Under the pieces are notes generated by a model. The model worked only from the letters and a program-made list of their open reading frames with translations. It was not told the DNA's origin and did no database searches. The translations under genes were made by a program, and so were the position numbers. A stretch of 64,000 nucleotides of DNA, taken from assembly GCA_024280635.1 (NCBI GenBank), contig JAJRPS010000065.1:12602-76601 (forward strand), written 5' to 3'. This document shows, one piece after another, positions 1 to 9,302 of this stretch (within the stretch, counting starts at the first letter, position 1; the number at the start of each line of letters is the position of its first letter). The DNA comes from Bacteroidota bacterium (GTDB taxonomy: Bacteria; Bacteroidota; Bacteroidia; Flavobacteriales; Flavobacteriaceae).

Positions 1-374
1 AGCAGTAAGTATCATGTTGTTCAATTTTTAATCGCGGGGTAATAGCTCAAAAAGGGTTAGTTCCCCGATGTTCTACATCGAATTTTAAAAATAACTACCC
101 TCTTGTAGAGGAAAATTATTTAAGTTACAAATATACATAACCCTTTTAATAATATGCAGCAGAAGCACTTCCTTTTTTAACAAAGTTACATAAGTATATA
201 TTTGTGAAAAAATCTTATTTTTTTGTCGTTAAATTTAGTAAATTCGCAGAATTATTATATCATAGTATGATAGAAGTATTGATTTGTTAAATATCAAAGA
301 ATTGAATAGTGCCATTTTAAAATGGATGGTTTACTCTCAATCTTAAAATATAACCTAATTTATATTTATTAAAT

Positions 375-1685
375 ATGGCAAAGTTTGAATTAAGACTTCC
401 AAAAATGGGAGAAAGTGTTGCAGAAGCAACAATAACATCATGGTTAAAAGAAGTGGGAGATACCATTGAAATGGATGAACCTGTTTTAGAAATCGCAACA
501 GATAAAGTAGATTCTGAAGTGCCATCAGAAGTAGATGGTGTCGTAACTGAAATACTTTTTAATGTTGATGACGTAGTAAAAGTAGGCGAAATTATAGCTA
601 TTATAGAAACTGATGCAGATGTTGCAGCAACTACTACGGATCCAGTAACCCAAACGGAAATACCAGCAGTTTCCACAATTGAAAAAACAGTTGAAGCAGC
701 AAAAGAAACCGTATCGCCAATCGCTAATTTTTCTGATTCCGATAGATTTTATTCACCATTAGTAAAAAATATGGCAAAAGCAGAAGGAATATCTGTAGCC
801 GAATTAGATGCAGTACCAGGAACAGGAAAAGAAGGTAGAGTAACTAAAAATGATATGATTTCATATCTTAAAAATAGAAGTGAAGCACCAGCGGCAGTTA
901 AAACAGAAGCACCAAAAGCTTCTGCTCCAGCAGCAGCAAGTAAACCTGCTCCAAAAGTAGCGGTAAGCTTACAAGCAGGTGATGAGGTAGTAGCTATGAG
1001 CCGAATGCGAAAGTTGATTTCAGGGCACATGGTAAACTCCGTAAATACAGCAGCTCACGTACAATCCTTTGTAGAGTGTGATGTGACTAATGTGTGGAAT
1101 TGGAGAGCAAAAGTAAAAGACGCATTTTTAAAACGTGAAGGTGAAAAATTAACCTTTACACCTATATTTATGCAAGCCGTTGCGCATGCACTAAAAAAAT
1201 ATCCAGGAATGAATGTTTCTATAGATGGAGATAATATCATCAACCGTAAAAATATTAATTTGGGTATGGCAGCTGCTTTACCAGATGGTAATTTGATTGT
1301 CCCGGTAATTAAAAATGCCGATCAATTGAATTTAGTGGGTATGGCAAAAGCCGTTAACAGTTTGGCTTTAAAAGCAAGATCAGGTAAATTAGCGCCAGAC
1401 GATATCCAAAATGGAACCTATACTGTAACCAATGTAGGGAACTTTGGAAGTATCATGGGTACGCCTATTATACCGTTACCACAAGTAGGTATTTTAGCTT
1501 TAGGAGCCATTCGTAAAACACCAGCTGTTATTGAAACTCCAGAAGGTGATTTTATAGGTATCCGTATGAAAATGTACTTGTCACACTCTTATGATCATCG
1601 TGTAATTGATGGTGCATTGGGTGGTATGTTCGCAAAATGCGTAGCTGATTATTTAGAAGCTTGGGATGTAAATCAAGATTTCTAA
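375..1685 (+). CDS. 2-oxoacid dehydrogenase E2 component (dihydrolipoyllysine-residue acyltransferase)
   Basis: N-terminal lipoyl domain with the EIATDKV lipoyl-lysine motif. Ala/Pro linker, E3-binding-like segment (SPLVKNMAKAEGI...GTGKEGRVTKNDM) and C-terminal catalytic motif SHSYDHRVIDGA. Confidence 0.9.
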   Translation: MAKFELRLPKMGESVAEATITSWLKEVGDTIEMDEPVLEIATDKVDSEVPSEVDGVVTEILFNVDDVVKVGEIIAIIETDADVAATTTDPVTQTEIPAVSTIEKTVEAAKETVSPIANFSDSDRFYSPLVKNMAKAEGISVAELDAVPGTGKEGRVTKNDMISYLKNRSEAPAAVKTEAPKASAPAAASKPAPKVAVSLQAGDEVVAMSRMRKLISGHMVNSVNTAAHVQSFVECDVTNVWNWRAKVKDAFLKREGEKLTFTPIFMQAVAHALKKYPGMNVSIDGDNIINRKNINLGMAAALPDGNLIVPVIKNADQLNLVGMAKAVNSLALKARSGKLAPDDIQNGTYTVTNVGNFGSIMGTPIIPLPQVGILALGAIRKTPAVIETPEGDFIGIRMKMYLSHSYDHRVIDGALGGMFAKCVADYLEAWDVNQDF

Positions 1686-1720
1686 TCTGGGTACGATAGC
1701 CCAATAAGTATATAATAAAT

Positions 1721-1756
1721 AAAAGGTTGTTATTCATTTTTGAATAACAACCTTTT
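1721..1756 (+). terminator. Hairpin terminator after the E2 gene
   Basis: Perfect 16-bp arms aaaaggttgttattca / tgaataacaacctttt with a tttt loop, followed by T-rich sequence. Confidence 0.6.
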
Positions 1757-1891
1757 GTATTTAGGCATTCCCCTTAATCCTTATTAGTATCAGGCTTACG
1801 CTATCATACAGTCTTTTTAGTGTTTCGCATAATTTCTAGGTATAATAATATTTTATGAATTATAAAATTACTTTGTTAGGAGAGTATATGG

Positions 1892-1927
1892 CAAAAAAAA
1901 TCGTCTAAAAATTAATTTTTAGACGAC
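1892..1927 (-). terminator. Rho-independent terminator of the rplT operon
   Basis: Perfect palindrome tcgtctaaaaatt/aatttttagacga. On the minus strand it is followed by a T8 run (A8 at 1893-1900 on plus), about 30 nt downstream of the rplT stop. Confidence 0.65.
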
Positions 1928-1959
1928 CTCTTTAAGTGAGATAATATATTGTTAAACGT

Positions 1960-2304
1960 TTATTTTACTTTATCTACAACAGCTTTAAAAGCTTCTGGAT
2001 TGTTCATCGCTAAATCGGCTAAAACCTTACGGTTTAATTCGATGTTGTTGGCTTTTACTTTACCCATAAATACAGAGTAAGACATACCATGTAGTCTTGC
2101 TCCTGCATTAATACGTTGTATCCAAAGTCTTCGGAAAGTTCTTTTATTGTTTCTACGATCTCTATAAGCATAACTCATAGCTTTGTCAACCGCATTTTTT
2201 GCAACTGTCCAAACGTTTTTTCTTCTACCAAAGTATCCCTTGGCTTGCTTCAATACTTTTTTTCTTCTGGCTCTACGAGCAACAGCATTTACTGATCTTG
2301 GCAT
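1960..2304 (-). CDS. rplT: 50S ribosomal protein L20
   Basis: 114-aa basic protein; [23 protein letters not shown] and the rest match L20. Last gene of the conserved thrS-infC-rpmI-rplT order. Confidence 0.97.
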   Translation of the reverse strand: MPRSVNAVARRARRKKVLKQAKGYFGRRKNVWTVAKNAVDKAMSYAYRDRRNNKRTFRRLWIQRINAGARLHGMSYSVFMGKVKANNIELNRKVLADLAMNNPEAFKAVVDKVK

Positions 2305-2423
2305 AATTTTATTTGTTTTTGTAGTAGGCGGTCAATATTATTGACACTTTCTCATATAAATGGCCCAACTACAGGGTTATTAATTTATTTTAACCGCTTG
2401 CAACTATTGCAAGCAAATTTCAA

Positions 2424-2621
2424 TTACTTTAACCGTAATTGAGTTTTGATGCTCTTCACATCGTGTTTGTGCACTAATGCATCATGTGTTAAAGCTAACT
2501 TACGTTTCTTAGACTTCTTTGTTAAGATGTGACTTTTGAAAGCGTGTTTTCTTTTAATTTTTCCAGAACCAGTAACTTTAAATCGTTTCTTGGCACTAGA
2601 CTTGGTTTTCATTTTAGGCAT
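2424..2621 (-). CDS. rpmI: 50S ribosomal protein L35
   Basis: 65-aa protein [36 protein letters not shown], typical L35, located between infC and rplT. Confidence 0.95.
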   Translation of the reverse strand: MPKMKTKSSAKKRFKVTGSGKIKRKHAFKSHILTKKSKKRKLALTHDALVHKHDVKSIKTQLRLK

Positions 2622-2681
2622 AATTTCCTAAGGTTTTTAAATTATCTCACTTTATTGTAAAAACAGTTGTCTATCAACTAT

Positions 2682-3239
2682 TTATTTTTTCTTTGCTGCA
2701 ATAAACATAGTCATACGTTTACCTTCTAATTTTGGCATTTGTTCTACTTTACCATACTCTTCAAGCTCTTGTGCTAATTTTAGTAATAAAATTTGCCCTT
2801 GATCTTTGTATATGATAGAACGTCCTTTAAAGAAAACATAAGCTTTTAACTTAGCGCCATCTTGTAAAAACTTAATGGCATGTTTCTTTTTAAACTGATA
2901 ATCGTGTTCATCAGTTTGTGGTCCAAAACGAATTTCCTTAATAACTACTTTACTAGCTTTAGCCTTTTGAGCTTTTTCGCGTTTCTTTTGTTCGTATAAA
3001 AATTTCTTGTAATCAATAATTTTACAAACAGGTGGAACCGCTTTTGGAGAAATCTCTACGATATCCAATTCTTGCTCTTTAGCCATATCAAATGCTTTGC
3101 GAAATGGATAAACACCCACTTCAACATTGTCTCCAACTAAACGTACTTCTTGTACGCCTCTTATCTTTTCGTTAATCCTGTGTGCATCTTCTTTAATGAC
3201 ACGTCCAGGTCTTTTCGATCTTCTTCTACGTATTGCTAT
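2682..3239 (-). CDS. infC: Translation initiation factor IF-3; likely non-AUG (ATA) start
   Basis: The track ORF (2682-3119) starts inside the N-domain. The frame stays open upstream to a TAA at 3243-3245 and encodes (I)[43 protein letters not shown], which is IF-3 N-terminal sequence. There is no in-frame ATG/GTG/TTG in this stretch; ATA occurs at 3237-3239 and 3231-3233. Confidence 0.85.
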   Translation of the reverse strand: MAIRRRRSKRPGRVIKEDAHRINEKIRGVQEVRLVGDNVEVGVYPFRKAFDMAKEQELDIVEISPKAVPPVCKIIDYKKFLYEQKKREKAQKAKASKVVIKEIRFGPQTDEHDYQFKKKHAIKFLQDGAKLKAYVFFKGRSIIYKDQGQILLLKLAQELEEYGKVEQMPKLEGKRMTMFIAAKKK

Positions 3240-3278
3240 AACTTAAATATTTTGTTCTATCAAAAAATGATAGAGATG

Positions 3279-5228
3279 TTAAACGTTAAATTCCAATAAA
3301 GTGCTTTTTATTTCACTTTTTATCAGTTCAGAGAAGGCATCGATACTAATTGTACCTAAATCCTCTCCACCATGTTTTCTTACAGAAACTGTGCCATCTT
3401 TCTCTTCCTGTTCCCCTACAATTAACATGTACGGAATCTTATTCATTTCTGCTTCACGAATTTTTTTACCCATAGTTTCGCTTCTATTATCTATTTGGGT
3501 GCGAATTTCGTGATTTTCTAATGAATCTGAAACTTTTTTCGCATATTTTTCATATTTTTCACTTAAAGATAATATCATTATCTGCTCAGGTACTAGCCAT
3601 AAAGGAAAGTTGCCACCAGTATGTTCTAATAAAACAGCAATAAAGCGTTCCATGCTTCCAAAAGGAGCGCGGTGTATCATTACGGGTCTATGTGTCTGAT
3701 TATCACTACCTTTGTAGGTTAAATCAAAGCGTTCTGGTAAGTTGTAATCTACTTGTATGGTTCCTAGTTGCCAACTACGTCCTAGTGCATCTTTAACCAT
3801 AAAGTCTAATTTAGGGCCGTAAAAGGCAGCTTCGCCAGTTTCAATTACATAATCCAATTCTTTATCTTTTACAGCATTTAAGATTGCATTTTCTGCTTTT
3901 TTCCAATTTTCATCGCTTCCAATATACTTGTCAGGATTTTCAGGGTCTCTTAATGATACTTGCGCAGTAAAGTTTTCAAATCCTAATGAACCAAATACAT
4001 ATAATACCAAATCAATAACCGCTTTAAACTCGGTGTCTAATTGGTCTGGAGTACAAAAAATATGTGCATCATCTTGTGTAAAACCACGTACACGTGTTAA
4101 ACCGTGTAGCTCTCCACTCTGCTCATAACGGTAAACGGTACCGAATTCAGCAAAACGCTTTGGAAGGTCTTTGTATGAAAAAGGAGGCATATTGTTATAC
4201 ACTTCACAGTGATGCGGGCAGTTCATTGGTTTTAATAAAAACTCCTCGCCTTCTTTTGGTGTGGTAATGGGCTGAAAACTATCAGCTCCGTACTTTGCAT
4301 AATGGCCAGAAGTAACATAAAGTTCCTTTTGTCCAATATGAGGTGTCATGACCATTTCATAACCCGCTTTTTTTTGAGCTTTCTTCAAAAAATCTTCTAA
4401 CCTACTACGTAAAGCAGCTCCTTTTGGTAGCCATAACGGTAAACCAGCACCTACTTTTTGCGAAAAAGTAAACAAACCTAATTCCTTACCTAATTTTCTA
4501 TGATCACGTTTTTTAGCCTCTTCTAAAAGCTCTAAATATTCTTTTAATTCCTTTTGTTTCGGGAAAGAGATACCGTACAAACGTGTTAATTGCTTGTTGT
4601 TTTCGTCACCACGCCAATATGCACCAGCAACACTTAATATTTTAACCGCTTTTACAATACCAGTGTTGGGTATGTGTCCGCCTCTACATAAATCCGTAAA
4701 GGTATCATGGTCACAAAAAGTAATGGTACCGTCATCTAAGTTTTCAATAAGCTCAACTTTGTATTCATTGTTAATGCTTTTGTAATAGGCTAAAGCATCT
4801 TCTTTTGACATGGCGCGCATTTTGTACTCATGTTTACCACGAGCAATTTCAATCATGCGTTTTTCAATTTTAGCAAAATCTTTGTCTGAAATAGATACGT
4901 CACCAAAATCAACATCATAATAAAATCCTCTTTCAATAGATGGTCCAATGGTTAATTTCGCATTCGGATACAACTCCTTAACAACCTGTGCCATAATGTG
5001 CGAGGTAGAGTGCCAAAAGGCTTGTTTACCCTCATCATCTCTCCAGGTAAATAAAACCAAATTACCGTTGGTGGTTAAGAGTGTAGTGGTTTCAACAGTT
5101 TCGTTGTTAAATTTTGCCGAAATAACATTTCTGGCAAATCCATCACTAATACTTTTGGCAACGTCCATTACGGTAACGGCGCTGTCAAATTCTCTAATAC
5201 TACCGTCTGGTAAGGTAATTTGAATCAT
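3279..5228 (-). CDS. thrS: Threonine--tRNA ligase
   Basis: 649 aa with TGS-like N-terminus, class II core motifs (e.g. FRYEQSGELHGLTRVRGFTQDDAHIF) and C-terminal anticodon-binding domain. Lies upstream of infC. Confidence 0.97.
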   Translation of the reverse strand: MIQITLPDGSIREFDSAVTVMDVAKSISDGFARNVISAKFNNETVETTTLLTTNGNLVLFTWRDDEGKQAFWHSTSHIMAQVVKELYPNAKLTIGPSIERGFYYDVDFGDVSISDKDFAKIEKRMIEIARGKHEYKMRAMSKEDALAYYKSINNEYKVELIENLDDGTITFCDHDTFTDLCRGGHIPNTGIVKAVKILSVAGAYWRGDENNKQLTRLYGISFPKQKELKEYLELLEEAKKRDHRKLGKELGLFTFSQKVGAGLPLWLPKGAALRSRLEDFLKKAQKKAGYEMVMTPHIGQKELYVTSGHYAKYGADSFQPITTPKEGEEFLLKPMNCPHHCEVYNNMPPFSYKDLPKRFAEFGTVYRYEQSGELHGLTRVRGFTQDDAHIFCTPDQLDTEFKAVIDLVLYVFGSLGFENFTAQVSLRDPENPDKYIGSDENWKKAENAILNAVKDKELDYVIETGEAAFYGPKLDFMVKDALGRSWQLGTIQVDYNLPERFDLTYKGSDNQTHRPVMIHRAPFGSMERFIAVLLEHTGGNFPLWLVPEQIMILSLSEKYEKYAKKVSDSLENHEIRTQIDNRSETMGKKIREAEMNKIPYMLIVGEQEEKDGTVSVRKHGGEDLGTISIDAFSELIKSEIKSTLLEFNV

Positions 5229-5312
5229 AATTGTTATTTTATTTATTTAAACAGTGTGCAAAGATAACATTACTTGCTTAGGTGTACAAAAAAAGAAGGT
5301 TATTTTAATTGT

Positions 5313-5456
5313 GGGCGTTTTAACACGCTATTCATTACAATCTTTTGAGCCTACCTTCGGTTTTGTGAGTTTAAAAAGAGCTCATAAAATCGCTTTTGTA
5401 AACCGCAAAACAATCTTGGTAGTGCTCAAAAGTATTTTCATTTCTATCGTTAACGC
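5313..5456. repeat. Dispersed intergenic element, family B (gggcgtt ... taacgc), long copy
   Basis: Starts gggcgtt, has an internal gctattc, and ends cattt-ctatcgttaacgcaaaa. Its termini resemble those of the 55624-55711 element. Confidence 0.35.
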
Positions 5457-5545
5457 AAAAGCAACCACAAAATGTAAAACTCTAAATATAAAATTTAAAA
5501 GATAGGGTAGGTTTGCGCTAGAAGAAACGTTTTTATATTTATCAT

Positions 5546-5572
5546 CATTCCGACCGTAGTGGGGGAATCACG
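5546..5572 (+). repeat. Short dispersed repeat, family A, copy 1
   Basis: tcattccgaccgtagtgggggaatcac; compare agtcatttcgatcttgtggagaaatcac at 20586-20613. Confidence 0.45.
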
Positions 5573-5619
5573 CAAGTAGTTCACTCAAATTTACTCACTC
5601 AAACCTGCTCATCAGGATG

Positions 5620-5651
5620 AGATTTCTCATAAAAGAGTTCGAAATGACTAT
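5620..5651 (-). repeat. Short dispersed repeat, family A, copy 2 (inverted)
   Basis: The reverse complement reads tagtcatttcgaactcttttatgagaaatc. It shares the gtcatttcga ... gagaaatc ends with the copy at 20586. Confidence 0.45.
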
Positions 5652-5709
5652 ATTTTTGATTTTTAGAAAATCCAAAACGGGCAACAATTAACTAAACAGC
5701 TCAACGATA

Positions 5710-5898
5710 CTATTGATACAAAAAGCTTTTAATCAAAAACAAAATTGCAAAAAATAAGAAGATAGCAACCAATACCCATAAACTTCCTTTGTAGTATTTT
5801 TGATGTAATTTTAAGTCTTTACGATAGCTCCACACAATTACGGCAACAAACGAAATGAAAAAGATTAAAGCAAAAGTAAGCTGACCCGTTGTAAACAT
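5710..5898 (-). CDS. Small two-TM membrane protein, function unknown
   Basis: 62-aa ORF with two clear hydrophobic helices separated by a basic loop (YRKDLKLHQKYYK). No family recognised. Confidence 0.35.
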   Translation of the reverse strand: MFTTGQLTFALIFFISFVAVIVWSYRKDLKLHQKYYKGSLWVLVAIFLFFAILFLIKSFLYQ

Positions 5899-5956
5899 AA
5901 ATATTTTAGTTATTTTTATGCAAAATTAATCAAATAAAACTATTAATACTCAAACT

Positions 5957-6358
5957 ATGAAAAAATATACTAATGCTGTAACAAAATTTCATACCGCTTT
6001 TAAAATAGGGCATAGAACAACACCAAAAGCCGACTTGGGAGTTGCAAAAAACACGCTCCGTTTTGAGTTGATGAAAGAAGAAAATGAAGAATACTTAGTA
6101 GCAGCAAATAACAACGATTTAATAGAGGTTTCGGATGCTTTGGGGGATATGCTGTACATTTTATGCGGCACCATAATAGAACACGGTTTACAAGACAAAA
6201 TAACCGAGGTTTTTGACGAAATTCAAGAAAGTAATATGAGTAAATTAGGGGCAGATGGGCAACCTATTTATCGTGAAGACGGTAAGGTGTTAAAAGGACC
6301 TAATTATTTTAAACCCAATATTGCTAAAATTTTAAATTCAGAAAAAGCATCCCATTAA
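5957..6358 (+). CDS. MazG-like nucleoside triphosphate pyrophosphohydrolase family protein
   Basis: 133-aa all-alpha protein with an acidic EExxE-type motif (LMKEENEEY) and a D..GD.LY segment typical of the MazG/PRA-PH-like fold. Confidence 0.6.
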   Translation: MKKYTNAVTKFHTAFKIGHRTTPKADLGVAKNTLRFELMKEENEEYLVAANNNDLIEVSDALGDMLYILCGTIIEHGLQDKITEVFDEIQESNMSKLGADGQPIYREDGKVLKGPNYFKPNIAKILNSEKASH

Positions 6359-6434
6359 AGTTTAATAAAATGGGGAGGAAATAAAAAAAGCAACCTATTT
6401 AGGTTGCTTTTTTTATTAAATGTCGCTTAGCGAC

Positions 6435-7499
6435 TTATTTTATTTTTAAAGTCCAATTGTACTTATCTTCAACAGTATTGTATTGAATATCTAATAAGCT
6501 GCTTTTTAATTGGGTAGCATATGAGTTTTCTAATTTAGGTAAATCCCAATGGCTGCCTTTGTAGCCAATACCAGTAATTGGTATAATTACGGCAGCAGTA
6601 CCAGATCCAAAAACTTCCAATAGCGTACCGTTTTTGGCAGCTTCAGTAACTTCAGCAACACTAATTTTGCGTACTTCGGTTTTTAAGTTAGCATCTTCTG
6701 CTAATTGCAATAAACTTTTACGAGTAATACCTGCTAAAATACGCTCATCTGCAGGAGCAGTGAGTAAGGTGTCTCCAATTCTGAAAAATACATTCATAGT
6801 ACCTGCTTCTTCAATATACTCATGTGTTGAGTTGGTCCAAAGCACTTGTTGGTATCCTTCTTCATTTGCTTTTTGAGTAGGATAAAAGGAAGCAGCATAA
6901 TTTCCGGCAGCTTTTGTAGCACCAACACCTCCATTTGCAGCACGAGAGTAATGGTCAGATATTTTTACTTTTACATCAGCATTTTTATAATACCCTTGTA
7001 CAGGAGTACAAATAATCATAAAACGATATTGATTTGCTGGGGCGGCACTAACACCTTCTTGAGTTGCAAAAATAAAAGGTCTAATGTATAAGGCATTTCC
7101 TTTTCCAGGAATAACCCATTTTTTATCCATTTCCACTAAAGTCTGTAAACCTTCCATGAAAATTTCTTTAGGTATTTCAGGCATAGCTAAACGCATTGAA
7201 GAAAAACAAATTCGTTTCCAGTTTTCTTCTGGTCTAAATAACCAAACATCATTATTGGTGTCTTTGTAAGCTTTCATGCCTTCAAAAGCGGCTTGACCAT
7301 AGTGAAAAACTCTTGAAGAAGGAGCCATAAGCATTGGTTGGTATGGTGTTATTTGGGGTTGTTGCCATTTACCATCTTTATAATCGCAAATAAACATGTG
7401 ATCAGAATATACCGTACCAAATGCTAAATCGTCTAAATTGATGTTTTCAAAGTTGGAATTTGTAATTTTTGTAATTTTTATAGTAGTATCTGTAGTCAT
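6435..7499 (-). CDS. ilvE: Branched-chain amino acid aminotransferase (class IV PLP enzyme)
   Basis: 354 aa; motifs FEGMKAY and GGVGATKAAGNYAAS, and an overall length typical of long-form IlvE. Confidence 0.9.
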   Translation of the reverse strand: MTTDTTIKITKITNSNFENINLDDLAFGTVYSDHMFICDYKDGKWQQPQITPYQPMLMAPSSRVFHYGQAAFEGMKAYKDTNNDVWLFRPEENWKRICFSSMRLAMPEIPKEIFMEGLQTLVEMDKKWVIPGKGNALYIRPFIFATQEGVSAAPANQYRFMIICTPVQGYYKNADVKVKISDHYSRAANGGVGATKAAGNYAASFYPTQKANEEGYQQVLWTNSTHEYIEEAGTMNVFFRIGDTLLTAPADERILAGITRKSLLQLAEDANLKTEVRKISVAEVTEAAKNGTLLEVFGSGTAAVIIPITGIGYKGSHWDLPKLENSYATQLKSSLLDIQYNTVEDKYNWTLKIK

Positions 7500-7562
7500 C
7501 TATCTCTCTTTTTTACTTTTGCGAATTTACTGAAAATTTATCTTATTTCAAGTGTTATTTTG

Positions 7563-7570
7563 TAAATTTG
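7563..7570 (+). promoter_or_regulatory. Bacteroidota -7 box (TAnnTTTG) upstream of mnmD
   Basis: taaatttg, 41 nt upstream of the ATG at 7611. Confidence 0.4.
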
Positions 7571-7610
7571 TTAATAGAATTGTTCTAATAATAGAGAATA
7601 TTTAAAATTT

Positions 7611-8273
7611 ATGAAACGCGAAATAATGATTACTTCAGATGGTTCTACAACTATTCATTTGCCAGAATGGGGAGAGCAGTATCACTCCAAACACGGTGCT
7701 ATTCAAGAAGCGTATCATGTTTTTATAAAAAGTGGATTGGATTTATTTGAAGATAATGTTTCTATTTTAGAAATAGGATTCGGTACAGGTTTAAACGCCT
7801 TCATTACTTTTTTAGAAGCCGAAAAAAGAAAATTAAACATCAATTATGTTGGTGTAGAAGCATATCCTGTAAAACCAGAAGAAGTAATGCTTCTAAATTA
7901 TGTGTCGGAATTAAAAGCAGAAGATTCTGCAAAAATATTCAAACAAATGCATCTTCAATCTTGGGAAAATGAACATGTTATTTCATCCAATTTTAAATTA
8001 ACAAAACAGCAAAAGTTTTTTAAAGATATTGCTGATGTAAGTAAATATAATTTAATCTATTTTGATGCTTTTGGAGCAACGCATCAACCTGAATTATGGA
8101 CAGAAGCTATTTTTAAAATCATGTATAATGCGCTACAAAATAACGGTATTTTAGTAACTTATTCAGCAAAAGGAAGCGTGCGTAGGGCTATGCAATCAGT
8201 AGGTTTTACCGTAGAACGTTTGCAAGGACCTCCAGGAAAACGAGAAATGTTGCGTGCAACAAAAGAGCTATGA
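7611..8273 (+). CDS. mnmD: tRNA (mnm5s2U34) methyltransferase, MnmD-type (MnmC methyltransferase domain only)
   Basis: 220 aa; SAM-binding EIGFGTGLN, the DAF...PELW motif (YFDAFGATHQPELWTE) and the SDGSTT N-terminus typical of the family. Confidence 0.75.
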   Translation: MKREIMITSDGSTTIHLPEWGEQYHSKHGAIQEAYHVFIKSGLDLFEDNVSILEIGFGTGLNAFITFLEAEKRKLNINYVGVEAYPVKPEEVMLLNYVSELKAEDSAKIFKQMHLQSWENEHVISSNFKLTKQQKFFKDIADVSKYNLIYFDAFGATHQPELWTEAIFKIMYNALQNNGILVTYSAKGSVRRAMQSVGFTVERLQGPPGKREMLRATKEL

Positions 8274-9178
8274 AGATATTAATTACAGGAGCAACAGGTT
8301 TGGTAGGGAGGCAATTGGTAAAAGAATTGCTATCCAACGGAGTTGAAATCCATTTTTTAACCACGCAAACTTCAAAATTAGATAATTTTCCCAATTGTAA
8401 AGGCTTTTTATGGAACCCGAAAGAAAATAAAATTGATATTGAGGCTATAAATGGTGTAACGGCAATTATTCACTTGGCAGGAGCTAATATAGGTAAGCGA
8501 TGGACAACATCCTATAAAAAAGAAATTATAGCTAGTAGGGTTTTGGGAACGACATTGTTATATCAATTACTAGAACAAAATAAACATGGTGTTAAGCATT
8601 TTATAACCGCTAGCGGAGTGGGAATTTACAAAAGCTCATTAGTACATAATTATACAGAAGAAAGTAACCAATTTGGGACTGGTTTTTTAGCAGATGTTGT
8701 TTGTAAGTGGGAAGCCGCTGCAAATGCATTTACAAGGCTAAACATTGCAGTAACAAAAATAAGAACAGGATTGGTTTTGGATAAAATTCAAGGAGCGTTG
8801 CCAAAAATGATGCAACCCATACAAATGGGGGTTGGTGCAGCTTTAGGCGCAGGAAATCAACAAATGAGTTGGATTCATGCTAAAGATTTAGTACGACTAT
8901 ATGATTTTGTTTTAGAAAATAAAATATCAGGAGTGATAAACGCAGTAGCGCCACAAGTGGTTACAAATACTGCATTTACAGAAATATTAGCGAAGCAATT
9001 ACATAAAAAAATATACTTACCCAGCGTACCAACATTTATGTTAAAACTACTGTTAGGAGAAATGCATTTACTGTTGTGTGAAAGCCAAAAAGTATCTGCT
9101 ACAAAAATAAAGCAATTAGGATTTGTTTTTCAGTATCCAAAACTGTCTAAAGCATTATCTAATATATTAGAATATTAA
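8270..9178 (+). CDS. TIGR01777/YfcH-like NAD-dependent epimerase family protein (SDR39U1-like)
   Basis: Rossmann motif MKILITGATGLVG; 302 aa with a C-terminal DUF1731-like tail. Start overlaps the mnmD stop by 4 nt (ATGA). Confidence 0.75.
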   Translation: MKILITGATGLVGRQLVKELLSNGVEIHFLTTQTSKLDNFPNCKGFLWNPKENKIDIEAINGVTAIIHLAGANIGKRWTTSYKKEIIASRVLGTTLLYQLLEQNKHGVKHFITASGVGIYKSSLVHNYTEESNQFGTGFLADVVCKWEAAANAFTRLNIAVTKIRTGLVLDKIQGALPKMMQPIQMGVGAALGAGNQQMSWIHAKDLVRLYDFVLENKISGVINAVAPQVVTNTAFTEILAKQLHKKIYLPSVPTFMLKLLLGEMHLLLCESQKVSATKIKQLGFVFQYPKLSKALSNILEY

Positions 9179-9302
9179 AATCAAATGAATGCGTAAGTGT
9201 GTTTAAAGTACTTGTTGTACCATCGCCAAAATCCCATTTTATATTATCACTAAAGGATGAAGTATTAGTAAAGTTTACGGTTGTATTATTGGTAAAAAGC
9301 AT
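9159..9302 (-). pseudogene. Orphan PKD-domain fragment (gene relic)
   Basis: 47-codon ORF MLFTNNTTVNFTNTSSFSDNIKWDFGDGTTSTLNTLTHSFDFNILIY. It contains the PKD hallmark WDFGDG..S preceded by V.F.n.S. It is too short for a domain and overlaps the 3' end of the convergent gene. Confidence 0.4.

Noticed and set aside
1-120. Possible tRNA or structured RNA at the window start (cgcggggtaatagctc... resembles a tRNA 5' end; there is also a cctct-tgt-agagg hairpin).
   Set aside because: I could fold no T-arm (GGTTCGAATCC-like) or cloverleaf on either strand. The sequence is truncated at the window edge, so I make no call.
317-676. Antisense ORFs from the track embedded in larger conserved genes. Examples are 317-676, 749-1030, 12906-13367, 17878-18150, 23960-24370, 26920-27366, 32578-32979, 60080-60568 and 62159-62650.
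   Set aside because: Each lies entirely opposite a gene with clear family motifs. Their translations are low-complexity (S/T/I/L-rich) with no recognisable domains, as expected from chance open frames in AT-rich DNA.
5254-5505. 83-aa ORF in the thrS upstream intergenic region.
   Set aside because: It overlaps the family B repeat-like element, has no promoter or start context or recognisable motif, and has an odd composition. It is more likely non-coding.
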